A stretch of 60,611 bases of DNA, counting the filler, from an uncultured virus (IMG/VR IMGVR_UViG_2061766007_003579) (lineage: Duplodnaviria > Heunggongvirae > Uroviricota > Caudoviricetes). It is 3 parts of one record of this genome, joined end to end, with 100 filler letters (N's around TTAATTAATTAA, not from the genome) between each part and the next. Parts side by side here need not be neighbours in the genome. Positions count along the whole stretch, not along the records: positions 1 to 23,269 come from IMGVR_UViG_2061766007_003579; positions 23,370 to 47,513 come from IMGVR_UViG_2061766007_003579; 1 more part is not named here. The stretch is one strand, 5' to 3'. Position 1 is the first letter of the stretch; each line of letters opens with the position of its first letter. The notes below the pieces were generated by a model. The model was not told where the DNA came from, searched no databases, and saw nothing but the letters and a program-made list of their open reading frames with translations. The position numbers and the translations under genes were made by a program. This document shows positions 19,379-28,629 of the stretch, in pieces.

Positions 19379-19714
19379 ATGATTGTGACGCTTGAGCAGT
19401 TTGACGAATACACCGGCAACTACGAGAACGACCAGAAAGTCCTGTCCCTCAAGACAACACTTCTTGAATCTGCTCAAGATCTTGTCGGTGAATACCTGAG
19501 ATTCAATCCTGAGACCAAGTGGGAGCAGAATGCCATCCCGAGTCTGATCAAAACAACGATTCTAAGGATAGCAACTCTGATGCTTATGGAAGCCGGAGAG
19601 AATATCGGAATCTCAGGAAAAAGTTTTGCTGATAACTCGCGTTCTTTCATAAGCTATACCAACTACTCCAAATACCTGAGTCCTCTTCAGACATTCAGGG
19701 AGGTGGCGTTTTGA
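19379..19714 (+). CDS. head-tail adaptor (gp6-like)
   Basis: MIVTLEQ..., position and size. Confidence 0.7.
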   Translation: MIVTLEQFDEYTGNYENDQKVLSLKTTLLESAQDLVGEYLRFNPETKWEQNAIPSLIKTTILRIATLMLMEAGENIGISGKSFADNSRSFISYTNYSKYLSPLQTFREVAF

Positions 19715-20244
19715 GCAGACGTTGGATTGGACAGTACCAAGGTGAAAGCCTCATCAATGTCAAAGCGGATGTTGATGAGGCTATGACCATGCTGGAGAAT
19801 CTGAATGGAAATCGTAAGTCCATGAGACGCAGAATCCTATCTGGTATCGGTACTTCAGTAAAACAAGCAGTTAAAAAGAATTACACCTCTCTCTTAAAGA
19901 AGCAAAGCAGAACTCTCTACAAGAGTGTGACTGCAAAGATCTTCAAGTCGGGAGCGGCAGTAAAGATCTCGCCAAGGGCAGAACACGGAAACATTCTTTA
20001 TGGATACGCTCTGGCCAAAGGCTCGACGATCAAAGCCAGGAACGGAGAGTTTCTGACCTTCAAGTTCGGGGATAAATGGGTAAAGAAGCATCAGGTTTCG
20101 CTGAAGCCTGTGGACTGGATTGAGGCTCCGGCAAAACGTTATTTGCAGAGCGCCTCATACAGGCAACGGCTTGAGGAGTTGGTTCAGAAGGAAATAGCAC
20201 GTGCGGAAAAAGCTGCAATGAAGCATAATGGAGGAACGAAATGA
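19711..20244 (+). CDS. tail completion/neck protein (HK97 gp10-like position)
   Basis: Basic 177-aa protein between adaptor and tail terminator. Confidence 0.6.
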   Translation: MSRRWIGQYQGESLINVKADVDEAMTMLENLNGNRKSMRRRILSGIGTSVKQAVKKNYTSLLKKQSRTLYKSVTAKIFKSGAAVKISPRAEHGNILYGYALAKGSTIKARNGEFLTFKFGDKWVKKHQVSLKPVDWIEAPAKRYLQSASYRQRLEELVQKEIARAEKAAMKHNGGTK

Positions 20245-20651
20245 GAATGTTTCTTATCTGGCTTATGACATTCACATGGGAGCTGCCCCAGACCCTTCTC
20301 GCGCTTCTTTTTATGGTCTTCTTCAGGACAAAACCGATGGACCACAAGAAGAGAATCCGTCGGATACATTCAAACGGATATCTGACTTGTTTCTCACTTG
20401 GAGAGTTCATCTTCTTCAGTTGGAGAGATGTCGGCGCATGGGATTGGAATGAGACGCAGAAGCACGAGCTTGGACACAGCATACAGAGCAGGATTCTTGG
20501 ACCTCTTTATCTGATTCTCGTAGCCCTCCCCTCTGTGGTCTGGAACGCCATGTCCAGAATGAACAACAGAATGGGCCGTTGGATGTCTGCACACTATTAC
20601 GACACACCTTGGGAGCATCTGGCTGATGTTCATGGGAAGGTGACCAGATAA
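20241..20651 (+). CDS. membrane protein with HExxH zincin motif (accessory)
   Basis: TWELPQTLLAL TM, HELGH, GPLYLILVALPS, PWEHLAD. Confidence 0.75.
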   Translation: MRMFLIWLMTFTWELPQTLLALLFMVFFRTKPMDHKKRIRRIHSNGYLTCFSLGEFIFFSWRDVGAWDWNETQKHELGHSIQSRILGPLYLILVALPSVVWNAMSRMNNRMGRWMSAHYYDTPWEHLADVHGKVTR

Positions 20652-20660
20652 CACAAACAA

Positions 20661-21107
20661 ATGAAAAATGAACTCACTATTCTCAACGCCCTGGCGGGTG
20701 TGATTCAGCATCAGCTGAATGGGTATCTTATGCATAATCTATCCCCGATCAGTGAGCGCAACGTGACCATTGATTTTCCTGAGACAGATCAGATGCCCAT
20801 GAAAACCATGCTGTATATCCAGCCGAATTGGGCAAACTATGAGAACTTATCAACCGAATCTGACCTCTCTACCTTCGGAATTGCTCTTTTCATCGTCTGC
20901 AAGAAGGATACCCAGGAGAACCTGACAAAGAAAATATATGGATACTTCAATGCCTTGTATGAGCTTCTGAGGACAAACATCTCTCTTGATGGCGAGGTGG
21001 ATTTTGCAAGCATCACCGATGCTGATTTTTACCCTGCAGTAGAGGGCAACAAGAACATCCAGGCAATCGAGGTCTCGATATCTGTCACTTACACAAAAGA
21101 TTTCTAA
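20661..21107 (+). CDS. tail terminator-like protein
   Basis: Acidic 148-aa protein directly before the tail tube; second allele at 48990. Confidence 0.7.
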   Translation: MKNELTILNALAGVIQHQLNGYLMHNLSPISERNVTIDFPETDQMPMKTMLYIQPNWANYENLSTESDLSTFGIALFIVCKKDTQENLTKKIYGYFNALYELLRTNISLDGEVDFASITDADFYPAVEGNKNIQAIEVSISVTYTKDF

Positions 21108-21118
21108 GGAGGAACAGC

Positions 21119-22085
21119 ATGAATCGCGTAGGATCAGGCTCCGTCTTTCAGGCGGGTCTTCAGAGTGCATGGGGAACGCCCGTCACCCCTGACACTCTCA
21201 TCAACATGACGGGCGAAACCATCAAAGTCACTGTCAACAAGGGAGATGAGGGAAATCTTCTGGCCAAGAAAACCCGTAATCAGGCTGATGTCATGTCTAT
21301 AAAGGTTGAAGGCGGATTCTCATCTATCCTCAGACCGGAGTTCGCGGACTGGATCTTTGAATCGGCTATGGGGCTAAAGACCGGCAATGTCTATACACTT
21401 GCATCCCCTAACACAGAGCTTCCTGCTAACACAGTAGTGCTTTCACGCGGCGGTATTGTGAAGACGTATCCTGATGTCACAATCAAATCAATCAAGATCT
21501 CTGCTGCTGCTCAGGACTATGTGAAGGTCGAAGTCGACATCATTGGAGTCAAGGAGCTTTCAGAAGGAGATGAAGGGGCGAAAACCGTACAGACTCTTTC
21601 CTTGGTCCTACCCTCTTACCGGTGCACACAGGCAACTCTCAAGTATGCTGTCGGAGGAACATCTAAAGCCTCAGTCTCACAGACAATCTGCGTCGAGAGC
21701 TGTGACATCACAATTGACAACGGCATCGAAGAGGCTCCTGCNNNNNNNNNNCTACTGCTCCGGTTTGTTCTCTGGAAGACCAGTAATGGGCAGAAGGACC
21801 GTATCTGTTGATTTCTCAATCCCTTACTCCGATGCGATGGACACATTCAGGAAGACCTACTATCTGGATGGCTCAAGTCCGACTGTGGCGCTCCTTCTGA
21901 AGTTCACTACCTCAGATCCCGATGAGAACATCGAGATATACCTTCCGAATGTCAGCATCACATCCGCTGACGGGAATGTCGGAGGACCCGGTATCATCGA
22001 ATCTTCATATAGCGGTGAAGCGCTTTCAATAGGAAATGATGAACCTATCACAGCAACTGTCAATCACAAGGAGGTCGGAGAATGA
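21119..22085 (+). CDS. major tail (tube) protein, N-gap inside
   Basis: About 320 aa, beta-rich, between terminator and chaperone; several alleles in the window. Confidence 0.85.
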
Positions 22086-22447
22086 AGTATGTGAGAAACA
22101 AGGCATATGAGAACGCAATCCAGAAAGTCAGGGTCAATTTCGGCACTTTGATCGGACTCGAAAAAGATGAGGATGCGTATGTGATCCTCAAAGAACTCCC
22201 GACTTTGGAAATGATGCAGCTCAATGAGGCCCATGAAAAAGGCCGCAAAGAACTGCTGGAGTTTTTTGTAGAGGTGCTGCCTCTCATCATCGTTGAGCAC
22301 AATCTCTACGAAACCGAAACCGAGAAGATGTCCAACGACGAGGTGGCCAAATTCATCTACGAGAAACTCGATCTCACAGGCAAGGTTATCGGAGAGTATG
22401 CGTCAGCCAGTTTTTTTACCCGACAGAACGCGGAAGAAGACAGCTGA
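22082..22447 (+). CDS. tail assembly chaperone (gpG-like)
   Basis: Between tail tube and tape measure; carries a slippery site. Confidence 0.85.
   Translation: MKYVRNKAYENAIQKVRVNFGTLIGLEKDEDAYVILKELPTLEMMQLNEAHEKGRKELLEFFVEVLPLIIVEHNLYETETEKMSNDEVAKFIYEKLDLTGKVIGEYASASFFTRQNAEEDS
22411..22418 (+). other. programmed -1 ribosomal frameshift site T-TTT-TTT-A
   Basis: -1 frame stays open (YPTERGRRQLISLSREVF...) into the downstream ORF; conserved in three alleles. Confidence 0.85.
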
Positions 22448-22658
22448 TTTCTCTTTCGCGTGAGGTTTTCAAAGGCAGGTACGATCCAGAATTGTACGCA
22501 GAATACGGACACTGGCTATCTTATATTACCGATGTTTACCTGCCGATTTGTGACTCAGATACCGGTGATTTCAGGACGCTTCCGTTCTCCGGTGGTGTCC
22601 TGGATCAGCCATATATGACGATGCAGATTCTGAAGGTCATTCAGATGGAGTATCGCAA
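22417..22658 (+). CDS. tail assembly chaperone frameshift extension (gpT-like), partial
   Basis: ELYAEYGHWLSYITDVYLP...LPFSGGVLDQPY; no SD or ATG of its own. Confidence 0.8.
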
Positions 22659-22815
22659 NNNNNNNNNNNNNNNNNNNNNNNNNNNNNNNNNNNNNNNNNN
22701 NNNNNNNNNNNNNNNNNNNNNNNNNNNNNNNNNNNNNNNNNNNNNNNNNNNNNNNNNNNNNNNNNNNNNNNNNNNNNNNNNNNNNNNNNNNNNNNNNNNN
22801 NNNNNNNNNNNNNNN

Positions 22816-23068
22816 NTATCGGGCCTGCAGTTAAGTCTGCGCAAGGCGACATAACAAGTTTATCAAATGCCGCCCAGAAGGCAGGAGATGTATTGAAGAA
22901 GGCCTTCACCGTCACAGCCATAATTGCGGCCTTGAAAAAGCTGGGTGACAGCTGTGCCGAGTGCTTCAATGATTTCTGGGAAGCTGAGCGCAAGTATAAG
23001 CAGCTTCAGATTGCCCTTGGAGATACGTCTTCGTATAACAAGGCCACAGACACCATAAGAAAGCTTTC
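22816..23068 (+). CDS. tape measure protein N-terminal fragment
   Basis: Matches the start of the 52138 ORF. Confidence 0.8.
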
Positions 23069-23109
23069 NNNNNNNNNNTCATCTCAATGAAAAAATGAAA
23101 CATATCAAA

Positions 23110-23175
23110 TAAAAAAAGAACCTCGAGCGCTTTCGGATAACAACTCCGGGCTGTTCTCAAGATTCCTCATCAACA
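23110..23175 (-). ncRNA. candidate structured sRNA/leader with intrinsic terminator
   Basis: GAATCTTGAG...CTCGAGGTTC stem enclosing a CGGA/TCCG stem, then T7; promoter TTGAAA-18-TATAAT at 23180-23209. Confidence 0.55.
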
Positions 23176-23269
23176 CTTAATTATATTGGGCCATCTTTAT
23201 TTTTTTCAAGACTCAATAATGGAGCATCTCTATGGCAACCGCAAAGGTCATCATAGCAGGCCAGAACAA

Positions 23270-23369
23270 NNNNNNNNNNNNNNNNNNNNNNNNNNNNNNN
23301 NNNNNNNNNNNNNTTAATTAATTAANNNNNNNNNNNNNNNNNNNNNNNNNNNNNNNNNNNNNNNNNNNN
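23270..23369. other. artificial contig linker N44-TTAATTAATTAA-N44
   Basis: Six-frame stop linker; identical copy at 47514-47613. Confidence 0.95.
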
Positions 23370-24624
23370 CAAGAGAGATCAACGAGCTTCTCTCCCCCAA
23401 GATCGAGGAATGGTCAGCCAACAGCTCAACCACAATCGGTGAAAAACTTGCCACATGGACCGCAAAGTCCTCAGATGAATACTTTGAAGCAGCAAAGACA
23501 TCATTCTCCTCAATCGGATCATTTCTCAAAGACTGGGGAACGCAGACGTTCGGAGACCTGAAAGATGGCTGGTCAGAGCAATGGGAGAAGATCTCCTCCG
23601 CTTTCACAAATGTATTCGGGGACGATGTCTCCGGCTTTGTCACATGGTTCCAGGGATTCCTGTCTGAACATGCCGACGATGTTTCTTCTTCCGTATTACC
23701 AGTTCTTGACGCTGTCGAGGATGTGGAAAACGCTGTCGAAAAAGCATCCAGGACCTTTCTCCAGACAATCGGAGATAAGATAGGCTCCTGGGCAGCAAAG
23801 ATAACAGGATCCAACTCAGAACAAGGTTCTTCATTCGGCGCTTCGGTCATATCCTCCATGACATCAAGTCTTGGACAGGCCGGAGAAGTAGCAGGCAAGC
23901 TTGCACAGAATATGGCAACTATGGGTCCGCTTCTCGGAGCGATTGCAACCGCACTTGAATACGTGTTCAAGGGACTGTCGGAGACACTCGGTCCGATACT
24001 CAACGAGTTCGTGCAGTTCGGCATAGAACCTCTGAAGGAACTGGGGCGTGTAATCGGAGATATCCTGATACCGATTCTTGAGGATGTGATGCCCTTGGTT
24101 AAAGATACTGCCAACTTTTTGATGGGTGTATTCAATATTCTGGGCATCGTTTTGAAACCAGTGATACAGGTGATCAGCTCATCTTTGACACCTGTAATGA
24201 ACGTGATTTCCAACATCCTGCAGGCTTTGTCACCTGTTCTCAAGGTCTTTGCCAAAGTATTCGTGACAGTCACCGGAACAATCCAATATGTAATCCAGAC
24301 ACTTCAGCATTGGGTTGCGACACTCATGAACTGGCTGGCTGGACTGAACATACTAGGCTGGCATCCGTTCGGTGGACTTGCAATGAGCGATCCCGGAAGT
24401 CCGGGAGACTATGGCTCGTATATCCAGAGCAAATGGAACGATATTGATGCCGCATTTGAACAGACCGCCACAGGAACCACATCGACAGCAACAGCTGTAT
24501 CCTCTGCGGGATACCAGGGTGCAACCCATGTGACGATCAACATCTACCAGGAAGCACCGGTCGTAGGAGATGCAGGAATGAGACAGTTCGCCGGCATGAT
24601 CAAGGCACAGTTCGATGAGCTCTC
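23370..24624 (+). CDS. tape measure protein C-terminal fragment (allele)
   Basis: Homologous to the C-terminal part of 52138-55400. Confidence 0.85.
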
Positions 24625-24743
24625 NNNNNNNNNNTATTCAAGATATACGAGGGTATCAGCTCTCGATGGATGGAAAAGGATTAGTCTTTTTCATTAGAAC
24701 CGTCTAGGCATTATTGATGAAGGAGCTTGATTCGAGAAAGATT

Positions 24744-25172
24744 ATGAACAAAAGAAAAACACTTCTTTTTTTAGTTATTACACTTGTCTTTGCAGTTCTT
24801 ATTACAACTGGATGTTCTCCTGAACCATCGAAAAGCAATCCGCCAAAAGAAGAAGAGCCGTCGCAAGAAGAACAACAACAAAGCAGTTTGGGTGAAATAG
24901 GGCACCTTAATGTTAGTCGGCATATAGATACAGCTTACACATATGGATTGAGTGTAAGGGCAGGGGGTGTTTTAGGAGCCACACGTTATTATCTGTATTG
25001 TGGTAAAACAGATGATCCTAATACTGCCAGTATCATAGTCGATAGTGAAACTAATTCCTTATCGACAACTTTAAATCGACATGCAACATCCGGAACATAT
25101 TATTTCTGGTATCGTGCAGGTAATGGTACAGAATACACGGATTTTTCGAACAGAGTTTCTGTTTCATTTTAG
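24744..25172 (+). CDS. lipoprotein with FN3/Ig-like C-terminal domain
   Basis: MNKRKTLLFLVITLVFAVLITTG-C lipobox, Pro/Glu linker, GTYYFWYRAGN strand; AT-rich. Confidence 0.8.
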   Translation: MNKRKTLLFLVITLVFAVLITTGCSPEPSKSNPPKEEEPSQEEQQQSSLGEIGHLNVSRHIDTAYTYGLSVRAGGVLGATRYYLYCGKTDDPNTASIIVDSETNSLSTTLNRHATSGTYYFWYRAGNGTEYTDFSNRVSVSF

Positions 25173-25174
25173 TC

Positions 25175-26746
25175 TCAGGAAATAAGGGTTTCTTCTGTTT
25201 CATAGCCAGACTTGAAAGTGACCACGATTCTTTTTGTGGAATAGACCGTAATCTTCTCGCATAGCCCTCTGAAAACCGTAGCATCAAATTCTTTTAAACT
25301 GCCGTCAATATTATCCAATGACGACAGGAACTGGTTGATTGCTTTTTTCCTATTGGTCTTGTCATTGATATCATCCGCAAGAGTCTTGGCTCTCCCGGAA
25401 AGGTCTACGTATCGCGCATAGAGGTCGTCATATCTCTGAGAGTCCTTGATAGGTTGTCCTCCCACACCCAGGTTGAGAAGGATAACGGTGTCGGCAATTT
25501 CCGAGTTTAGTTTCTGTAATTGTTCCTCAAGCGCAGAGGTATCGAGTATCTCGGATATGATAAGCTTCATGTCCTTGGATATCTTCTTCCTGTTTATTGC
25601 CAGCTTGTTTAGAGCTGAAAGGAATGCTTTCTCAAGGTCGGCATTTTTCAGTCTTGGGGTTTTGCATGGTTCAATATTGCTGTATTTGCTGTTGCAGTGC
25701 CATACCAAGGACCTGTACTTGTCATTAGAATGCCAGATCTTGGAACCGTACATGGATCCACATTCACCACAGAATACTTTTCCAGAGAATACGTGTTTGC
25801 TGCTAATTCCCTGCTGGGGGCTTGCGCTCCTACGACGTAATTCTGCTTGGACCAGATCAAACTGCTCTTGTGATATTATGGCTTCGTGTGCTCCTTCTAC
25901 GTAATACTTCTTCAGTTCTCCGTTGTTTATGCGTCTTTTTGATAGAAGGTCAACCTTGTAAGTCTTCTGAAGAATTGCGTTTCCGGCGTACTTCTCATTC
26001 CTAAGAATTCTTTTGATGTCCTCCGGCGTCCAATTACTACGGCCAGATGGTTTTATGACTTTCTCGTCTGTCAGTGTGCATGCGATTGCACGGATTCCGT
26101 AGTCCTCAAGGAACAAATTGAATATCCGCTTCACAATCTCAGCCTGTTCCTTGTTGATGACTAGGGTTCCGTTTTCTCCTTTGTCATATCCAAGGAAATG
26201 GGAGTAGGCCACACTGACCTTTCCATCCTCGAACCTCTTCCTCCAGCCCCAAGTCACGTTCTCTGAGATTGACCTGGATTCCTCCTGCGCCAGTGAGCTC
26301 ATTATTGTCAGAAGGACTTCTCCCTTTGAATCGAAGGTCCAGATGTTCTCTTTTTCAAAGTAGACCTCGACCCCATGATCCTTAAGCTCTCGTATTCTCG
26401 TGAGGCTATCAACGGTGTTTCTGGCGAATCTAGAGACCGATTTTGTGATGATTAGGTCTATTTTCCCATTAATAGCGTCTTCAATCATACGGTTGAAGCC
26501 TTCGCGTTTTGCAGTATGGGTGCCGGACACACCTTCATCGGTGTACACATTGACGAAATCCCATCCATCATGGGTTTTGATGTAGTTCGTATAGTATTCC
26601 ACCTGAGCCTCATAACTTGAGAACTGCTCATCCTTATCCGTTGAGACCCTGGCGTATCCCGCAACCCGTCTGATAGGCTTCTCCTTCAGTGGCTGCGAGG
26701 AGAATATCTCCAATGTAGCCGGTATCATCGTAACTGTTCTCGCCAT
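25175..26746 (-). CDS. large serine recombinase (integrase) 2
   Basis: VAGYARVST, DEGVSGT, TKSVSRFARN, AQEESRSISEN, Zn ribbon CGECG. Confidence 0.97.
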   Translation of the reverse strand: MARTVTMIPATLEIFSSQPLKEKPIRRVAGYARVSTDKDEQFSSYEAQVEYYTNYIKTHDGWDFVNVYTDEGVSGTHTAKREGFNRMIEDAINGKIDLIITKSVSRFARNTVDSLTRIRELKDHGVEVYFEKENIWTFDSKGEVLLTIMSSLAQEESRSISENVTWGWRKRFEDGKVSVAYSHFLGYDKGENGTLVINKEQAEIVKRIFNLFLEDYGIRAIACTLTDEKVIKPSGRSNWTPEDIKRILRNEKYAGNAILQKTYKVDLLSKRRINNGELKKYYVEGAHEAIISQEQFDLVQAELRRRSASPQQGISSKHVFSGKVFCGECGSMYGSKIWHSNDKYRSLVWHCNSKYSNIEPCKTPRLKNADLEKAFLSALNKLAINRKKISKDMKLIISEILDTSALEEQLQKLNSEIADTVILLNLGVGGQPIKDSQRYDDLYARYVDLSGRAKTLADDINDKTNRKKAINQFLSSLDNIDGSLKEFDATVFRGLCEKITVYSTKRIVVTFKSGYETEETLIS

Positions 26747-28004
26747 TAGTGACCTCCGTGTATTGTTTGCTTCTCTCGTCGTATTTCCATTGACTTATAT
26801 TTGTTTCCCCATTCTTGAGCTCGAAGATAAGAGTGTAGGGAGATTGGACAATCACCTTCTCAACACTCTGCTCAAAGAGGGAAGGTTCAAACACCTCTGT
26901 GCCGAGGACAATGCATGATGCCATGACAAGGAGCTTCTCCGGCATGTTCTGGGCATCGCAGGTGTTTTTACCGTGGGTTATTTTTGTGCCGCATTTCCAG
27001 ATGTATCTCTTCCATCGTCCAGTCTTGTTTGCACGTCTGTATGTGTGTCCGCAATTTGCGCAGAAAACCTTACCTGTGAAACATGAGAACCGCTCTGGAA
27101 AACCGGCTTTATAGTCCATTTCACGCCTTCTGGCCATCTCGGCCCTTACCATCTCAAATTCCTCACGGGTAATGATTGCGGGGTGGGTGCCTTCGGCGTA
27201 GTACATGGGATACTCTCCCTTGTTTGTCATCCTGCGCTTAGTAATATGATTCTCTCTGAAAGTCTTCTGGAAAAGGGAATCCCCACAGTATTTCTCCTGA
27301 TGCAGCATCTTCACTATACGGTTGTAGGTAAACGGAGTTCCATTCCGTCTTACAATCCCTTGGTTATTGAGATTGGCGACTATGGCATGCGGTCCGAATC
27401 CGTCAAGGTACATGGAGAATACCTTTTTCACCACAATTGCCTCATGTTCTTCCAAAAGGAACTGTTCTCCATCCCATGTGTATCCGTAAAGGTGAAAGCA
27501 GTTTCCTCTACCTTGCTCAAACCTCTTTCTTATGGCCCATTTACAGTTTTCGCTCATTGAGCGGGACTCTTCCTGAGCGAAAGAGGCGAGAAGGGAAAGC
27601 AGCAGTTCTCCCGAGTCAGACAATGTGTCCATGTTTTCTCTCTCGAAATGAACGTTGATGCCTCGCTCTCTGAGATGCCTGATCGTATTCAGCAGGTCAA
27701 CTGTGTTCCTGCAGAACCTGCTGATGCTCTTTGTCAACACCTGGTCAATCTCACCGGCATCGCAGGCCTTAAGCAGAGCAGTGAAACCTGGTCTGTCAGT
27801 CTTTGTACCTGTGATCCCGTAATCCGAATATACTCCAGCATTAATCCAATCAGGTCGAGAGTCGAGGATTCTGATGAAGTGATCAAGCTGAGCTGTGAAT
27901 GAATGTTCTGTGAGTTCCTTTTCAACGGAAACCCTGACATATGCAGCTACTTTCAAGCGTCTGGGAATCCTGTTGATTGTGGGTTCAACAATCTTTACTT
28001 TCAT
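26634..28004 (-). CDS. large serine recombinase 1
   Basis: VAAYVRVS, TKSISRFCRN, AQEESRSMSEN, CANCG. Confidence 0.95.
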   Translation of the reverse strand: MKVKIVEPTINRIPRRLKVAAYVRVSVEKELTEHSFTAQLDHFIRILDSRPDWINAGVYSDYGITGTKTDRPGFTALLKACDAGEIDQVLTKSISRFCRNTVDLLNTIRHLRERGINVHFERENMDTLSDSGELLLSLLASFAQEESRSMSENCKWAIRKRFEQGRGNCFHLYGYTWDGEQFLLEEHEAIVVKKVFSMYLDGFGPHAIVANLNNQGIVRRNGTPFTYNRIVKMLHQEKYCGDSLFQKTFRENHITKRRMTNKGEYPMYYAEGTHPAIITREEFEMVRAEMARRREMDYKAGFPERFSCFTGKVFCANCGHTYRRANKTGRWKRYIWKCGTKITHGKNTCDAQNMPEKLLVMASCIVLGTEVFEPSLFEQSVEKVIVQSPYTLIFELKNGETNISQWKYDERSKQYTEVTNGENSYDDTGYIGDILLAATEGEAYQTGCGIRQGLNG

Positions 28005-28017
28005 TTTTTACCTTGTC

Positions 28018-28051
28018 ATATACATCACTCTAAAAGCATATAAAGTAAAGA
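28018..28051 (-). promoter_or_regulatory. TAGAGTGATGTAT motif (copy 3) before recombinase 1
   Basis: CTTTACTT...TAGAGTGATGTAT; core identical to 12720-12732. Confidence 0.6.
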
Positions 28052-28052
28052 G

Positions 28053-28211
28053 TTAATGCTGTATTACTGGGCAATACTTGTCTATAAGACGAGCCTTTGC
28101 AGAAGAGAATTCATCGGGAGTGAGAAGTCCTGAATCACGTAGTTTTGAAATGAGGCAAAGTGAGGTCTCATAGTTTGACTGACGTTCGAACTGATCTTCA
28201 GACAGCTGCAT
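28053..28211 (-). CDS. small SHOCT-like protein of the recombinase cassette
   Basis: MQLSEDQFERQSNY...L..SGLLTPDEF......LIDKYCP. Confidence 0.75.
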   Translation of the reverse strand: MQLSEDQFERQSNYETSLCLISKLRDSGLLTPDEFSSAKARLIDKYCPVIQH

Positions 28212-28488
28212 TTCCAGCCCCCTGTCTGCGATTGGAGTTGTGCCAGGTATAGCGGCATCTGTCGCTGCAGAAGCGTTTGGCTTTCTTTCCTGCGATTGGA
28301 ATGAGTTTTGACCCACAGATGGAGCAGAATTCTTCTTTGGGCATAGCTCCGGTCTCTTTTGTCATGCCATGCCGCTGACAGTATTTCTTTACGGTGTCCT
28401 TAGAGACTCCAAGGACCTGAGCGATCCTAAGATAACCTGCTCCTGAATGACGCATTGTTGTAAGCGTTGAAATCTGCTGCATTGTCAT
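28198..28488 (-). CDS. HTH plus Zn-finger protein of the recombinase cassette
   Basis: GYLRIAQVLGVSKDTVKKYCQR; CSICG...FCSDRCR; AAGGAG SD. Confidence 0.85.
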   Translation of the reverse strand: MTMQQISTLTTMRHSGAGYLRIAQVLGVSKDTVKKYCQRHGMTKETGAMPKEEFCSICGSKLIPIAGKKAKRFCSDRCRYTWHNSNRRQGAGNAAV

Positions 28489-28553
28489 TGCCGTTCTCCT
28501 TCATCGGATCAGCCCACCTGTTTAAAGTGGAATTACTGACCTTTCGGATTTCT

Positions 28554-28582
28554 TTGGCAGCGAATCGGGGGAGAACTAACGG
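28554..28582 (-). promoter_or_regulatory. CCGTTAGTT-N14-TGCCAA motif (copy 2)
   Basis: Same boxes and spacing as 2880-2908. Confidence 0.55.
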
Positions 28583-28629
28583 GTGTGATGTGTTTTGTGG
28601 TAGAATGGGATTACGGAAAGCAAAAGAAG

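Noticed and set aside
23314..23325. TTAATTAATTAA palindrome as a biological site
   Set aside because: Flanked by 44 Ns on each side and repeated at 47558-47569; an artificial joiner.
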